In this document: positions 1 through 10,280 of the stretch, in pieces
Numbering within the stretch: position 1 is the stretch's first letter
Layout of the letters: every line of letters starts with the position of its first letter
Sequence record: SRR22947727_1523
Direction: 5' to 3' (one strand)
DNA: 37,142 nucleotides
The notes under the pieces: generated by a model
What the model was told of the DNA's origin: nothing
Database searches by the model: none
What the model saw: only the letters and a program-made list of their open reading frames with translations
Program-made: the position numbers and the translations under genes

Positions 1-1
1 G

Positions 2-118
2 GATATTACCGAAGAGCTGGTGAACTTGATCACAGCGCAACGAAACTTCCAAGCCTCGTCAAAAGCGATTGAAACCTCTACCCAGCTGACACAGGCGATC
101 ATAAATATTCGCTCGTAA
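2..118 (+). CDS. flgE: Flagellar hook protein FlgE, C-terminal fragment (truncated by window start)
   Basis: Frame 2 reads DITEELVNLITAQRNFQASSKAIETSTQLTQAIINIRS*, the conserved hook C-terminal helix. It lies directly upstream of flgF. Not in the ORF track. Confidence 0.9.
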   Translation, partial: DITEELVNLITAQRNFQASSKAIETSTQLTQAIINIRS

Positions 119-147
119 GGCTAAGGCGGGCATAGCAGGGGTCTGAT

Positions 148-912
148 ATGGATCGGATGATATATACAGCGTTGAATTCTCTTTCGAATTCACGCTTTGA
201 CCAAAGGGTAAACGCGCAAAACCTGGCAAATTTAAACGTGCCAGGTTTCAAAAAAGACCTCTCAACTGTGCGCGCAAGTACCTTTTTGGCCAATATGGAC
301 CAATATCAAAGCCGATATTTCGCTCAGGCCAGCCAAGAAACGCTCTTTTCGTCGCAGAACGGCGCAATCCAACGCACGGATGAGCGGATGGATTTTGCCA
401 TTCGTGATGAAGGATACTTTTTTATCGAGCCCAAAAATGGTGCCGATATCGCGTTATCCAGGCGCGGTGATTTCGCCATAACCGCAGATCGGTTTTTGAC
501 CGATGGCGCCGGAAATTTCATGCTTGATAATAATATGAATAAGATCAATGTGCCGCAAAATCGTGATTTGATCATTGATGAGTCGGGCGTTGTTTTGATT
601 GAGCCGCTTGATGCACCGGACGGAACGCGGCAACAAATCGCGATCTTAGGGACGACATTGGCTGAAGACGCGCAATTGGTGAAATCAATAGACGGCTATA
701 TTCGGCCCTATAATAAAAATGAAATGCCGGTTGCGGATCAGCGCGCCGAAGTGGCCCAAGGTTTTTTGGAAGGCAGCAACGCCACTGCTTTAGACGCGCT
801 TTTGGCCAATATTGAAGGCCAGCGATATTTTGAGCTGAACGTCAAATTTATCAAAGAAGCTAAAAACCTAGACGAAGCAACCACGCGCATCATGCGCCTT
901 CCAGGTACTTAA
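148..912 (+). CDS. flgF: Flagellar basal-body proximal rod protein FlgF
   Basis: MDRMIYTA start, NLANLNVPGFK rod motif, DFAIRDEGYF, QGFLEGSN; position between flgE and flgG. Confidence 0.92.
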   Translation: MDRMIYTALNSLSNSRFDQRVNAQNLANLNVPGFKKDLSTVRASTFLANMDQYQSRYFAQASQETLFSSQNGAIQRTDERMDFAIRDEGYFFIEPKNGADIALSRRGDFAITADRFLTDGAGNFMLDNNMNKINVPQNRDLIIDESGVVLIEPLDAPDGTRQQIAILGTTLAEDAQLVKSIDGYIRPYNKNEMPVADQRAEVAQGFLEGSNATALDALLANIEGQRYFELNVKFIKEAKNLDEATTRIMRLPGT

Positions 913-1014
913 GGAAGCCCTTTTGAAGTGTAAGCTTGCGGTTTAGAGCCGCCTATGGTTGTTTGGCAGTCGGCGCTTTGGTTAATTCCAGTAAACGCCG
1001 CCCGTTTCAAATTT

Positions 1015-1030
1015 TGGCACATCATTTGCA
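1015..1030 (+). promoter_or_regulatory. sigma54 (RpoN) -24/-12 promoter of the flgG operon
   Basis: TGGCAC-ATCAT-TTGCA, an exact match to TGGCAC-N5-TTGCW with GG (1016-17) and GC (1028-29) at canonical spacing, about 30 nt before the flgG ATG. Confidence 0.85.
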
Positions 1031-1058
1031 TTACTAGTTGCAAAAGAGAGGTGCCAAA

Positions 1059-1847
1059 ATGTCTTCTTCAGCAATGTATGTCGCGAAAACCGGTTTGACC
1101 GCGCAGCAAACACGAATGCAAGTGATCTCAAACAATCTGGCCAATGTGAATACTGTTGGTTTTAAAAGTGACCGCGTAAATTTTGAAAGCTTGCTTTATC
1201 AAATATCACGTTCAGGCGGTGATCAAACCTCTGAAGATACAGCGCTGACATCTTCTTTGGCGCTTGGTACAGGTGTGCGTGCGGTCAGTACAGAGAAAAA
1301 ATTCTCTCAGGGCAGTATGATTACTACAGATAACGCCTTGGATGTAGCCGTTGATGGTGATGGGTTCTTTCAAGTTCTTATGCCTGATGGAAATATTGGA
1401 TATACGCGCAATGGTACTTTTTCACGAAACGCAGATGGTCTGATGACCACATCCAGTGGCTATGTGCTTCAACCTCAAATCACCATCCCTTCGGGATCAT
1501 CACAAATTAATATTTCGCAAGACGGACTGGTCACCGCGCTGCTCTCTGGTGAGGCGGCGCCCAGCGAATTGGGCCAAATTACTTTGGCAGGTTTTGCAAA
1601 CCCACGCGGGTTGAAAGCTTTGGGTGAAAATTTCTTGGTTGAAACGGCCGCCAGCGGCGCGCCAGCAATCGGAGTTCCCTTCACGGAAGGTCGCGGTAAA
1701 TTGGTTCAGGGCTCTTTGGAGAGTTCGAATGTGAACGTTGTGCAGCAATTGGTCGAGATGATTGAAACGCAGCGCGCCTATGAGGTGAGTTCGAAATCGA
1801 TCACCGCTGCGGATGAGATGATGAAATACATCTCTAACAACCTGTAG
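1059..1847 (+). CDS. flgG: Flagellar distal rod protein FlgG
   Basis: ISNNLANVNTVGFK, FESLLYQ plus FlgG-specific segment, GYTRNG, LESSNVNVVQQLVEMIETQRAYE. ATG 1059 follows a GAGAGG RBS and is preferred over TTG 1038. Confidence 0.96.
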   Translation: MSSSAMYVAKTGLTAQQTRMQVISNNLANVNTVGFKSDRVNFESLLYQISRSGGDQTSEDTALTSSLALGTGVRAVSTEKKFSQGSMITTDNALDVAVDGDGFFQVLMPDGNIGYTRNGTFSRNADGLMTTSSGYVLQPQITIPSGSSQINISQDGLVTALLSGEAAPSELGQITLAGFANPRGLKALGENFLVETAASGAPAIGVPFTEGRGKLVQGSLESSNVNVVQQLVEMIETQRAYEVSSKSITAADEMMKYISNNL

Positions 1848-1858
1848 GTTGACATAAA

Positions 1859-2518
1859 ATGCGCAACATCACTCTTTTTTCCATTCTGTTTTGTATCGGC
1901 TTATCGGCATGTTCTACCTATGTTGAAGAATTGGCCAGCGATGAGTTCGCACCGGTTTTTCCAGAAGAAACCGAAACGGCACAGGTAGCCGATGGGGCGA
2001 TTTTTGATGGTAATGCGCAGGGCTTATTCGCTTCAGAACGAAAAGCGTCAAAAGTGGGCGATATCCTTACCATTTCGTTGAATGAAAGCTTTCAGGCCAC
2101 TAAATCGCAATCTGCAACGAGTGGCAAAGATGACAGCTTCGGTGTCACATTGCCAAAAGGCGTATTTCCCAATGCGTCATCAACGGATTACGGTTTGGGC
2201 ACGACGCAGGCCTTTACAGGCTCTGGATCGGCCTCTCAATCCAATGCTGTAACGGGATTGGTATCGGCCTCGGTCGTGCGCTTGTACCAAAATGGAAATC
2301 TGGAAATTTTGGGTCAGAAGAAGCTGACGCTGAATAATGGCGATGAGTATGTGCGCGTTAAAGGGATCGTGCGCCCGCAAGATATTGGTAACGGAAATAT
2401 CGTAAACTCTAATCGCCTTGCCAATGCCGAAATAACCTATATTGGCGCCGGCGAATTGGCGGACACGTCTAAAAAGGGCTGGCTGTCGAAGGTCTTCAGC
2501 GTCGTTTCACCAATTTAA
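1859..2518 (+). CDS. flgH: Flagellar L-ring lipoprotein FlgH
   Basis: Lipobox LSAC; A..VGDILTI; NGNLEILGQK..LNNGDEYVRVKGIVRPQDI; C-terminal GWL..F...SP. Confidence 0.95.
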   Translation: MRNITLFSILFCIGLSACSTYVEELASDEFAPVFPEETETAQVADGAIFDGNAQGLFASERKASKVGDILTISLNESFQATKSQSATSGKDDSFGVTLPKGVFPNASSTDYGLGTTQAFTGSGSASQSNAVTGLVSASVVRLYQNGNLEILGQKKLTLNNGDEYVRVKGIVRPQDIGNGNIVNSNRLANAEITYIGAGELADTSKKGWLSKVFSVVSPI

Positions 2519-2530
2519 GTAGGATAAACA

Positions 2531-3655
2531 ATGAGACTTTTGTTAAATTTTGCATTCTGCTTTTGGCTTTTAGGGCTGGCTAGCCTAGCCCATGCGGATC
2601 GGATAAAAGATTTGGCTAGTTTGGCTGGGGTGCGCAATAACCAATTGGTTGGATATGGCTTGGTTGTCGGTTTATCAGGAACGGGCGATGCCAATTTGGG
2701 GATTACCTTGCAATCTATGCAGGCCATGCTGTCGCGTTTTGGCATGTCAACGGACACTTCTGGTTTGTCCGGGGCCAACGCAGCGGCGGTGATGGTAACA
2801 GCAGATTTGGCTCCGTTTATCAAACCTGGACAAACGCTTGACGTAACCGTGTCGGCGCTGGGCGCATCAGAATCCTTGCGTGGTGGAACGCTTTTGATGA
2901 CACCGCTTTTGGGTGCAGACGGGCAAACATACGCGATTGCGCAGGGAAATCTGGCTGTCGGGGGGTTGGGCGTTGCTGCCGCTGATGGATCATCATTAAC
3001 CGTTAATATTCCAACAGTTGGGCGCGTTCCTCAGGGGGCGACTGTTGAAAAAATGGTCGAGACACCTTTCTTGGAAAACGAGTTTTTAATCTTAAACCTT
3101 CACCGCAGTGATTTTTCAACCGCCAGCGCGGTGTCACGCGCGGTTGATGATATTTTTGGGCAGGGAACTTCTGTTCCGATTGATGGCTCTTCCATTCGCG
3201 TGCAAGCGCCAGCGGATCCAACGCAGCGTGTATCCTTTGTCAGCCTGCTGGAAAATGTTGAAGTGGAACCTGCCACACCACCCGCGCAGGTGATTGTGAA
3301 TTCGCGGACGGGCACAATCATCATCAATGGAAATGTGCGAGTAACGCCGGCCGCTATCACTCATGGCAGCTTGACCGTGCGCGTGACCGAAGATCCAAAC
3401 GTGCAAACACAGACGAATGTGGTTGCCAATGATGCAGGCGTTGTGGCCACGCCGGCCGCGCCCGTGGTAACCCCGGACAGCGCCGTGGATGCAGAAGAGA
3501 AATTGGCCAAAGCCTTTGTGTTTGATCCGGGCATTCAGCTGACAGATATCGTCGATGCAATAAATGCTGTGGGCGCAACGCCGTCTGATTTGGTGGCCAT
3601 ATTGGAAGCGTTGAAGGTTTCTGGCGCACTGCGCGCGCAGTTGATTATAATTTAG
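2531..3655 (+). CDS. flgI: Flagellar P-ring protein FlgI
   Basis: Signal peptide, then [57 protein letters not shown]. Confidence 0.97.
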   Translation: MRLLLNFAFCFWLLGLASLAHADRIKDLASLAGVRNNQLVGYGLVVGLSGTGDANLGITLQSMQAMLSRFGMSTDTSGLSGANAAAVMVTADLAPFIKPGQTLDVTVSALGASESLRGGTLLMTPLLGADGQTYAIAQGNLAVGGLGVAAADGSSLTVNIPTVGRVPQGATVEKMVETPFLENEFLILNLHRSDFSTASAVSRAVDDIFGQGTSVPIDGSSIRVQAPADPTQRVSFVSLLENVEVEPATPPAQVIVNSRTGTIIINGNVRVTPAAITHGSLTVRVTEDPNVQTQTNVVANDAGVVATPAAPVVTPDSAVDAEEKLAKAFVFDPGIQLTDIVDAINAVGATPSDLVAILEALKVSGALRAQLIII

Positions 3656-3663
3656 GAAATACT

Positions 3664-3957
3664 ATGGCTGATGAAGTAAAGGCATTCTTTTCGCACAGCG
3701 CCAGGGCAGAGCCTTCGGCGCTTGAGCGCATTGATCGCAGAGCCTCTTTGGAAGAGGTTGCGCAACAATTTGAAGCGATTTTTGTCAATGAGCTGATGAA
3801 ATCGAGCCGAGCTGCGAAGTTATCAGATGATATTCTAAGCAATTCTGGAACGAAGCCGTTCTTAGATATGATGGATCAAGAGTTCTCGCAAACAATCTCA
3901 AAACGTAACAGCCTTGGAATTGCAGAGGCGCTTGTTCAACAATTCGAACGCAAATAA
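3664..3957 (+). CDS. flgJ: Single-domain FlgJ rod-capping protein (no muramidase domain)
   Basis: 97 aa; LEEVAQQFEAIFVNELMKSSR..F.DMMDQEFSQ..S...LGIAEALVQQF rod-binding domain; between flgI and flgK. Confidence 0.88.
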   Translation: MADEVKAFFSHSARAEPSALERIDRRASLEEVAQQFEAIFVNELMKSSRAAKLSDDILSNSGTKPFLDMMDQEFSQTISKRNSLGIAEALVQQFERK

Positions 3958-3971
3958 CGGGGTAGAGTTGG

Positions 3972-6900
3972 TTGGCAAGCTTATTTGACATAGGCAAATC
4001 GGCGGTTCAAGCGCAACGGCAAGCGCTGAATGTGACCGGTCAAAACATCGCGAATGTGAATACCGAAGGGTATCGCAAGCGTGGTGCTGATTTGACTGAG
4101 GTTTCAGGCAGTCAAAGCGGGCTTACCTCGATCACCTCTCAAATTGGTTTGGGTGTCAACTTGGGTGAGGTTCGCCGCGCCTATAATGTTTTCTTAGCTT
4201 CAAGTTCAAATTCATCGGAAAGCCGGTTCCAATCGTCACAAACCTTTGTGGAGTCTATGGAACGGTTGGAAAATGCCATTTTGCCTGGTGAGGGTGATTT
4301 ATCCTCACAAATTACTGAATTTTTCCGCACCTTATCGGATGTTGAGGCAAACCCAGGCGACTTGGCGCCCCGCGCTGCGGCCATTGAGCAAGGCAACGGC
4401 TTGGCTAACGCCTTTAACGTAACAGCATTTGTTTTAAGGGATTTAGAAACTCAGATTTCTGGAACGATTGATCAAGAAGTGAACGAGGTGAACCGGCTTG
4501 TAGAATCTTTGGGGTCTGTGAATGGAAAATTACGGTCCTCAAATTTAGGTGGTTCACCGCCGAATGCCTTGATGGATGAACGCGATCGCCTCATCTCAGA
4601 AATTTCTCAAAAGGCACGGATAACTGTCAATTATAGCCCACGTTTTGATGTCAATATAAGATTAGGAGAGCATTCTACTGGGCCGGTACTTTTAGATGGA
4701 GAAACCGCTTATAAAATCCAGCCAATACAAGGCGATGAGAATGGCGTAAGTTATAAGATTGGTAGTTCACGGGTTGTGAAAACGCTTGACGATGGCGGAC
4801 TAAAAGGTTTGTCGACAGCGTTATCCGTAATTCAAGATACGCATTCTCAAGTTGATGCTCTTGCTCATCGCTTGGTTGCAGAGCTTAATACGGCCCATGG
4901 CAATGGTATTGATTATGACGGTGACTTTGGGCGCTCGATGTTTACAGCGCGGCAGTTTGACGTGGTGCCTGATCAGAATAACAGCCAAGACCTTGACATT
5001 AGCGTGCTGACGGTACCCGGACAAGTTGACTTCGTTGAAAATGCCACGTTTCGTTTTAATGAGCGTTCGGGCTCTTGGACTGCTTATAGTCAAAACAATG
5101 ATGTGATGGGAACCGGGCGCACGCAAATTGATTTAGATGGCTTGATTGTTAAGGTTGGGAACCCAGCTCAGGATGGTGATAGTTTTTCGCTTACAAAAGT
5201 AGATGGTGAAGCGGACCGACTATCCTTTTTATTAACGGACGGACGACAAATCGCAGCGGCATCAAATTTTATTATAACACCAAATAGCGCAAATGCGGGC
5301 GCAGCCATAATGTCCAGCTCAGCGATTGAAATGGAAACCCCACCGCTTGCCTCGCTTACGGATGTGACGAATAACTCTCTTTCCCCTGTTTCTTACTCAG
5401 AATTTTTAAATGGCGGTGCTGTCGCCTATATACCCGCCGGGATAAAAAATTTAGAGCTGGCATCGTTTGGGCAAGACCCGTCTTTGACTTTGAATTTTAA
5501 CGAATTAAGAGAATTAAACAGTTTTTCGTTTGTTCTCAGCGGCAATAGTTATGAAGCGTTAATCACAGATGACTTGCGTGAAAATTTGCGCGATAAGGCA
5601 CATCTGGCGGACTATCTGAATAAAGGCTTCTTAACTTTCACGACACCGAATGAGGTAGGTATAGCATTAGAGGATGTGAATTCGGTAAGCCTGCGGGATC
5701 TGGGTTTATTTGCCTCAGGGTTTGAGGGTGGTTTAAAGCTTACCGGAAACACGGCCTTTACCTCAGGTCAGGTCAAAGTTGAAGTTGAGGGTCAAATCAG
5801 CGAAACAAATGCGGTTGTTAAAGCTGCTGAAACGGCTTCAGGCTTCCGTGTGTTCACCCGTGAAGGGCGCCAGGTAGCCGGGGTCCCATTGTCAATCAGT
5901 GAGGCCCATATTTTTCTTACTGAAACCAACGGTTTTACTTCAGAAGCTGAATATCGTGCGGATTACTTAAACCCAACAGGTGGGATCGGGTATCGTGGTT
6001 CCGAGATCATCAACCTGCTGCCGGGTGGCTACTCAACGGTTGAAAGCACAGCCAGTATTCTGACTGGTGGATCCGTAGGGTCATTGATCCAACAGGGTAC
6101 AATTTTCAATCCAATTTCCGCGCAAACGTTAACGTTTGAAACTACCACTGTTAGCGCGTCCGGCTTAGGAACTGACACAGCAGACGGGGTAGTGAATGTC
6201 GATATTGCCGTGAATTCCGGCGTCAACATGAAAACCATCGCTGAGGATATCAATACTAAACTAAAACCTTTTGGGTTTGTCGCAGAAGCGAAAACCTACG
6301 CCTCTTTGCAGCTCGATGATAGCGCTTCTATCTCTGGAGATGTCTCTTTTGAACTTTCGTCTGGAAATTCAAGCCCGGTTTCAATTTCTGGTATTTTCGG
6401 AGAATCAAATTTGTCTCCTTTGGTGGCTAAAATTAACCAACGAAGCGAACAAACGGGTATCACCGCTGAAGTTTCGGAGGATGGTTCTCGCATAGTACTG
6501 GTGCAATCAGATGGGCTGGATATTTCTATTACAAATCCGGAGGGCGAACTGTTAACCGTGAACTCGCTTGACCAGAACTTTTCTGAACTTTCAAGTGAAA
6601 CTGTTTTAAACGAGGATACTAAAATCATTGGGTCGTTAAGCTTGCGCTCGCCGCGCGCTTTCAAGGTGACATCAAGCCTTGATGCTGCTGTGACTGCCAA
6701 CTCGCAAACGCTTTCGAAAGAAGAGGGAGGTGTTCGGGTTGATTTAACTGCAGGGGGGTCGGTCAGCGATATATCGATTGAAGTTTCCCCCGATATTCTA
6801 ATGCCGCAAGTCAGTCCAGATGGGTTGCGCTTAGCAGCCTCCAACACAAACTTTACATTATCTGCCCATTTAAACGGATCGGAAACTGCAACTGAATTCT

Positions 6901-8552
6901 CTGTAAATACAAACGCATTGATCGACGTTTCACTCGCCTCTATTTCCGAAACTTTAGTATCTGATTTAAGATCTAAGGCTGGTCTGCCATCTTTAACCGG
7001 GGCGACTTTATCCACATTGCCCAGTGAGGGAAGCCAAGTGTCTGTTTTGGTCGGGGCGTCTCAATATGATGTTCAGTATGTCGCTGGAGAGTTCGTGGTG
7101 AACGGACCGGAGGCGGGGCGGGTGTTTGCTGAAATTCAAACCGGTGATGACGGGAATGATCACTTTTCTATTAACGTTGCAGACGGGGTTCTAAATGGCA
7201 CCAGTTTGCAATTGCTTGATGGTGGCGATTTAACCGAGTTCGGATTGTCAGTAACAGACATTACGGCTGTCAGCAGTATCAAGGGGCGTTCATTTGATGA
7301 TTTTACTTTGGTTAGTTCGGCCAAACTAAACGGCTCGACCAGCTCTTCGCTTACCTTAAGTTCAGTTAATGATACCCTGACATTTTCCGGGGAAAGCTGG
7401 AGTAACAGTCAAGAAATTACGGTTACCTTAGAGGGTGTTACTGAGACTATAACAATTGCATCTGACAGTTATGCAAATACGAATGCTGGTGTTGCATCTC
7501 AGGTTAAAGCAGAATTGGACGCGTTGATTTCAGCTGGCACTCTTAGCAACATAACGATTACTGATAATGGTGCTGGCGTTTTAAGCTTCGCAAAGACTTT
7601 TGAGGCAACAGTGGGTACGACAGTGTCATCCTTTTCTGTCAGCCATGATCAATCAAGTGCTTCTGGCATTAAGATCTCGTCTAGTAATTCCAAAGTTACG
7701 CCCACAATTTCTGCTAATGGGTCTTCTTATACCATCGATCTTGACTTGGCTTATTATGCTAGCAACGGAGCGAAGCAAGGCCCATTGCGTATCACGCCCA
7801 GCGATGCGGCTGAGGCCTTTGGTTTCGGCGCGGCGGATTTTTCTGTAGAACTAACTGAAACAGGGCTTAAAACGGTTTCGATAAACGGCAATCCATCTGG
7901 TATAACGCTCGAGGTAGAAAATTTGCCGGGGCAAGTTTTATCGATGAGCGGATTACCAAATGAGGATTTTATCGTTTTACTCGAGTCCGAAGGCGCCAAG
8001 CGGCTGGCCTCAAGCTTTGAGATGAGCACCGAAGAAGATGCAAAAGCGCAAAAAGACTACCGGGTTAAAGTGGTGGATGCCGACGAAGGGCGCGTTGAGT
8101 TAATTGATGCCGAAACGGGAACGTCAATGGCAACCCGTTTCAGCAATGGTGTCGTCGAGTTTGAAGCCGATAATTACCGATTTGAATTGGCCGGCTTTGG
8201 ATCGACTGATGATCATTTTGATATCGCGTTGAACCGATCGAATGCTGGGGATGCGCGTAATATGATTGCGATGATTGCGCTAAGCAGATCCACGGCTGAG
8301 CGCAGTAGTTTTCAAGATGATTTCCGACAGATTGCTTTGGCTGTCGGATCTCAGCTTGAATCTGGACGTTTACTGAATATCTCGGCCAGCGCGATCCGCG
8401 ATGCGGCTATTGCAACCGAAGATGAATTGGCGGGCGTCAATCTGGATGAAGAAGCCGGAAAACTTATGGAGCAGCAGCAGGCCTATAAGGCAGCGGCCCA
8501 AATTCTGCAAACTGCGCGCGATCTATTTGATACGATTATTAGCATAATGTGA
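3972..8552 (+). CDS. flgK: Hook-associated protein 1 FlgK, very large (1526 aa)
   Basis: N-terminal LNVTGQNIANVNTEGYRK, LMDERDRLI, C-terminal AGVNLDEEAGKLMEQQQAYKAAAQIL; long non-conserved centre; TTG start. Confidence 0.93.
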   Translation: MASLFDIGKSAVQAQRQALNVTGQNIANVNTEGYRKRGADLTEVSGSQSGLTSITSQIGLGVNLGEVRRAYNVFLASSSNSSESRFQSSQTFVESMERLENAILPGEGDLSSQITEFFRTLSDVEANPGDLAPRAAAIEQGNGLANAFNVTAFVLRDLETQISGTIDQEVNEVNRLVESLGSVNGKLRSSNLGGSPPNALMDERDRLISEISQKARITVNYSPRFDVNIRLGEHSTGPVLLDGETAYKIQPIQGDENGVSYKIGSSRVVKTLDDGGLKGLSTALSVIQDTHSQVDALAHRLVAELNTAHGNGIDYDGDFGRSMFTARQFDVVPDQNNSQDLDISVLTVPGQVDFVENATFRFNERSGSWTAYSQNNDVMGTGRTQIDLDGLIVKVGNPAQDGDSFSLTKVDGEADRLSFLLTDGRQIAAASNFIITPNSANAGAAIMSSSAIEMETPPLASLTDVTNNSLSPVSYSEFLNGGAVAYIPAGIKNLELASFGQDPSLTLNFNELRELNSFSFVLSGNSYEALITDDLRENLRDKAHLADYLNKGFLTFTTPNEVGIALEDVNSVSLRDLGLFASGFEGGLKLTGNTAFTSGQVKVEVEGQISETNAVVKAAETASGFRVFTREGRQVAGVPLSISEAHIFLTETNGFTSEAEYRADYLNPTGGIGYRGSEIINLLPGGYSTVESTASILTGGSVGSLIQQGTIFNPISAQTLTFETTTVSASGLGTDTADGVVNVDIAVNSGVNMKTIAEDINTKLKPFGFVAEAKTYASLQLDDSASISGDVSFELSSGNSSPVSISGIFGESNLSPLVAKINQRSEQTGITAEVSEDGSRIVLVQSDGLDISITNPEGELLTVNSLDQNFSELSSETVLNEDTKIIGSLSLRSPRAFKVTSSLDAAVTANSQTLSKEEGGVRVDLTAGGSVSDISIEVSPDILMPQVSPDGLRLAASNTNFTLSAHLNGSETATEFSVNTNALIDVSLASISETLVSDLRSKAGLPSLTGATLSTLPSEGSQVSVLVGASQYDVQYVAGEFVVNGPEAGRVFAEIQTGDDGNDHFSINVADGVLNGTSLQLLDGGDLTEFGLSVTDITAVSSIKGRSFDDFTLVSSAKLNGSTSSSLTLSSVNDTLTFSGESWSNSQEITVTLEGVTETITIASDSYANTNAGVASQVKAELDALISAGTLSNITITDNGAGVLSFAKTFEATVGTTVSSFSVSHDQSSASGIKISSSNSKVTPTISANGSSYTIDLDLAYYASNGAKQGPLRITPSDAAEAFGFGAADFSVELTETGLKTVSINGNPSGITLEVENLPGQVLSMSGLPNEDFIVLLESEGAKRLASSFEMSTEEDAKAQKDYRVKVVDADEGRVELIDAETGTSMATRFSNGVVEFEADNYRFELAGFGSTDDHFDIALNRSNAGDARNMIAMIALSRSTAERSSFQDDFRQIALAVGSQLESGRLLNISASAIRDAAIATEDELAGVNLDEEAGKLMEQQQAYKAAAQILQTARDLFDTIISIM

Positions 8553-8559
8553 GGGTAAT

Positions 8560-10248
8560 ATGACGATTTCGAGTAAACTATTCGCCACGCAAATGCTGGA
8601 TCAATTCAAAGTTATTGAAAATAGATTGCAGTCGCTGAATACGCAAATTTCAACCGGAACACGGATTGCAAAATCTTCTGATGCACCGATTGATGCTGTG
8701 ACGTTGACAGCGCGGAGTGAATTGAAATCGAGGATTGAGCAATATCAGTCAAATGTTGATAAGGTAAATGAACGTTTGGGTTTGGCGGATGCCACATTGG
8801 AAACAATGGCTAATTTGGCTACCCGGATGAATGAAAAGTTTATTGCAACTAATACCGCTACCGTAACCGATGCTGAGCGTCAGGCTGTCAGGATAGAAGT
8901 GTTAACATTTAAAGACAGTTTATTGGGATTGGCGAACTCAATAGATAATAATGGCGATGCGCTTTACGGTGGATTTTCAACAGAGGATTCGCCTTTTGTG
9001 CAAAATGAAGAAGGCCAGACGCGCTATCGCGGCGATGGTGGTGACCACACATTGCAAGTGTCGGAAAGCGTTAAACTGCCGACTAGTTTGAACGGCAGCT
9101 CTTTGTTCATGGAAGTGAAGGATGGAACCGGCACCAAAAGCAGCTTTGACATCTTAGATAGTTTTGCAAATGCATTGCTAACAGACAGCCAGTTTGAACA
9201 ATCTTACTCGGCAAATTCTGCAGATACCGCGCAATCTATCTCCTATGATCTGACAAACAGCTCTATGGTTGTTATGTTTGATTTTGACACGGGAGAGTCT
9301 CAGCAAAATCTTACTGCTTCAACGGGAATTCAGCCAGGTGAATTTACGTTTACGATTAATGACACGCCGACAACGATCACGATTACGGATGGCGGTAATG
9401 ATACGTTGCAGGGGTTGATTGATGAGATAAACGCGATCAGCAATGTTACTGCCAATTTGGTTCAAAAAGATAGTGGTTTAACGTTGCAAATAACTGCAAC
9501 AGCCGGTGCAGAAAATGCTTTTTCAATCTCTAGCAGCGATGCAGAATTAGCCGTTTTGCAGACCGGCGTGCCTGCGAGCAGCAGCACCAGCGCGCAATTA
9601 ACGGTTGTCTCGGAAGCCGCAGATGCCGTCTCTGGTGCGATGAATTTACGCATCAATGCCTCTCGTGAACCTCAGAACTGGTCGATGGTTCTGACCGGGC
9701 CTGAGGGCAGTGCCACGGTAAGCGCAGACATAAACTCTGACTCTTTTATCGCGCTTGTCGATGCGATAAATGCAAGCGCAACCGGATTGACAGCAACGGA
9801 TAACGGCGATGGCACCCTCAGTGTGTCCAAAACTGATCCATCTTCCGATGCGGATGTTGTTTTGGAAGATATTTCCATTGAAGGTTATAATTTGGCACAA
9901 AAAGAACCGCGTTATTATATCGATGTTCTGAATGAGGATAATGAGGTTGCTCTTAAATTAAGCGATCAAAGCCAAGCCTTGTCGCGCCAAGGTACAGCCA
10001 TTCAAGCCTTGCTTGAGCATTTTGCTTTATCACGAACCATTGTGGGCGCAAGGATCAACAATGCCGATGCGCAAAATACCGTGTTGCAGGATCGCAGTAT
10101 TTCAATTCAAACAGAAATTTCTGATCTCCGCGATGCGGATATTGAAACGCTGATCACGGAGCTGCAAACTATCATGGTTACCCGCGATGCTGCGCGGCAA
10201 ACCTATTCAACGATTAATTCGCAATCGCTATTTGATTTTCTAAAATAA
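8560..10248 (+). CDS. flgL: Hook-associated protein 3 FlgL with extra inserted domain
   Basis: Flagellin-like termini: QISTGTRI.KSSDAP, LANS.DNNG..LYGG, VGARIN, ISDLRDAD, SLFDFLK. Confidence 0.92.
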   Translation: MTISSKLFATQMLDQFKVIENRLQSLNTQISTGTRIAKSSDAPIDAVTLTARSELKSRIEQYQSNVDKVNERLGLADATLETMANLATRMNEKFIATNTATVTDAERQAVRIEVLTFKDSLLGLANSIDNNGDALYGGFSTEDSPFVQNEEGQTRYRGDGGDHTLQVSESVKLPTSLNGSSLFMEVKDGTGTKSSFDILDSFANALLTDSQFEQSYSANSADTAQSISYDLTNSSMVVMFDFDTGESQQNLTASTGIQPGEFTFTINDTPTTITITDGGNDTLQGLIDEINAISNVTANLVQKDSGLTLQITATAGAENAFSISSSDAELAVLQTGVPASSSTSAQLTVVSEAADAVSGAMNLRINASREPQNWSMVLTGPEGSATVSADINSDSFIALVDAINASATGLTATDNGDGTLSVSKTDPSSDADVVLEDISIEGYNLAQKEPRYYIDVLNEDNEVALKLSDQSQALSRQGTAIQALLEHFALSRTIVGARINNADAQNTVLQDRSISIQTEISDLRDADIETLITELQTIMVTRDAARQTYSTINSQSLFDFLK

Positions 10249-10264
10249 GATAGATTTGAAAACT

Positions 10265-10280
10265 TGGTCCAGTAATTGCA
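10265..10280 (+). promoter_or_regulatory. Putative internal sigma54 promoter for the lytic transglycosylase gene
   Basis: TGGTCC-AGTAA-TTGCA; invariant GG (10266-67) and GC (10278-79) correctly spaced, just upstream of RBS AAGGAG (10293-98). Confidence 0.5.

Noticed and set aside
970-998. Imperfect inverted repeat upstream of the flgG sigma54 site
   Set aside because: Too close to the -24 element for a typical enhancer, and no similar motif at the other sigma54 sites
6296-7015. 239-aa antisense ORF inside flgK
   Set aside because: Shadow of the sense reading frame; S/T-rich with no recognisable motif or RBS
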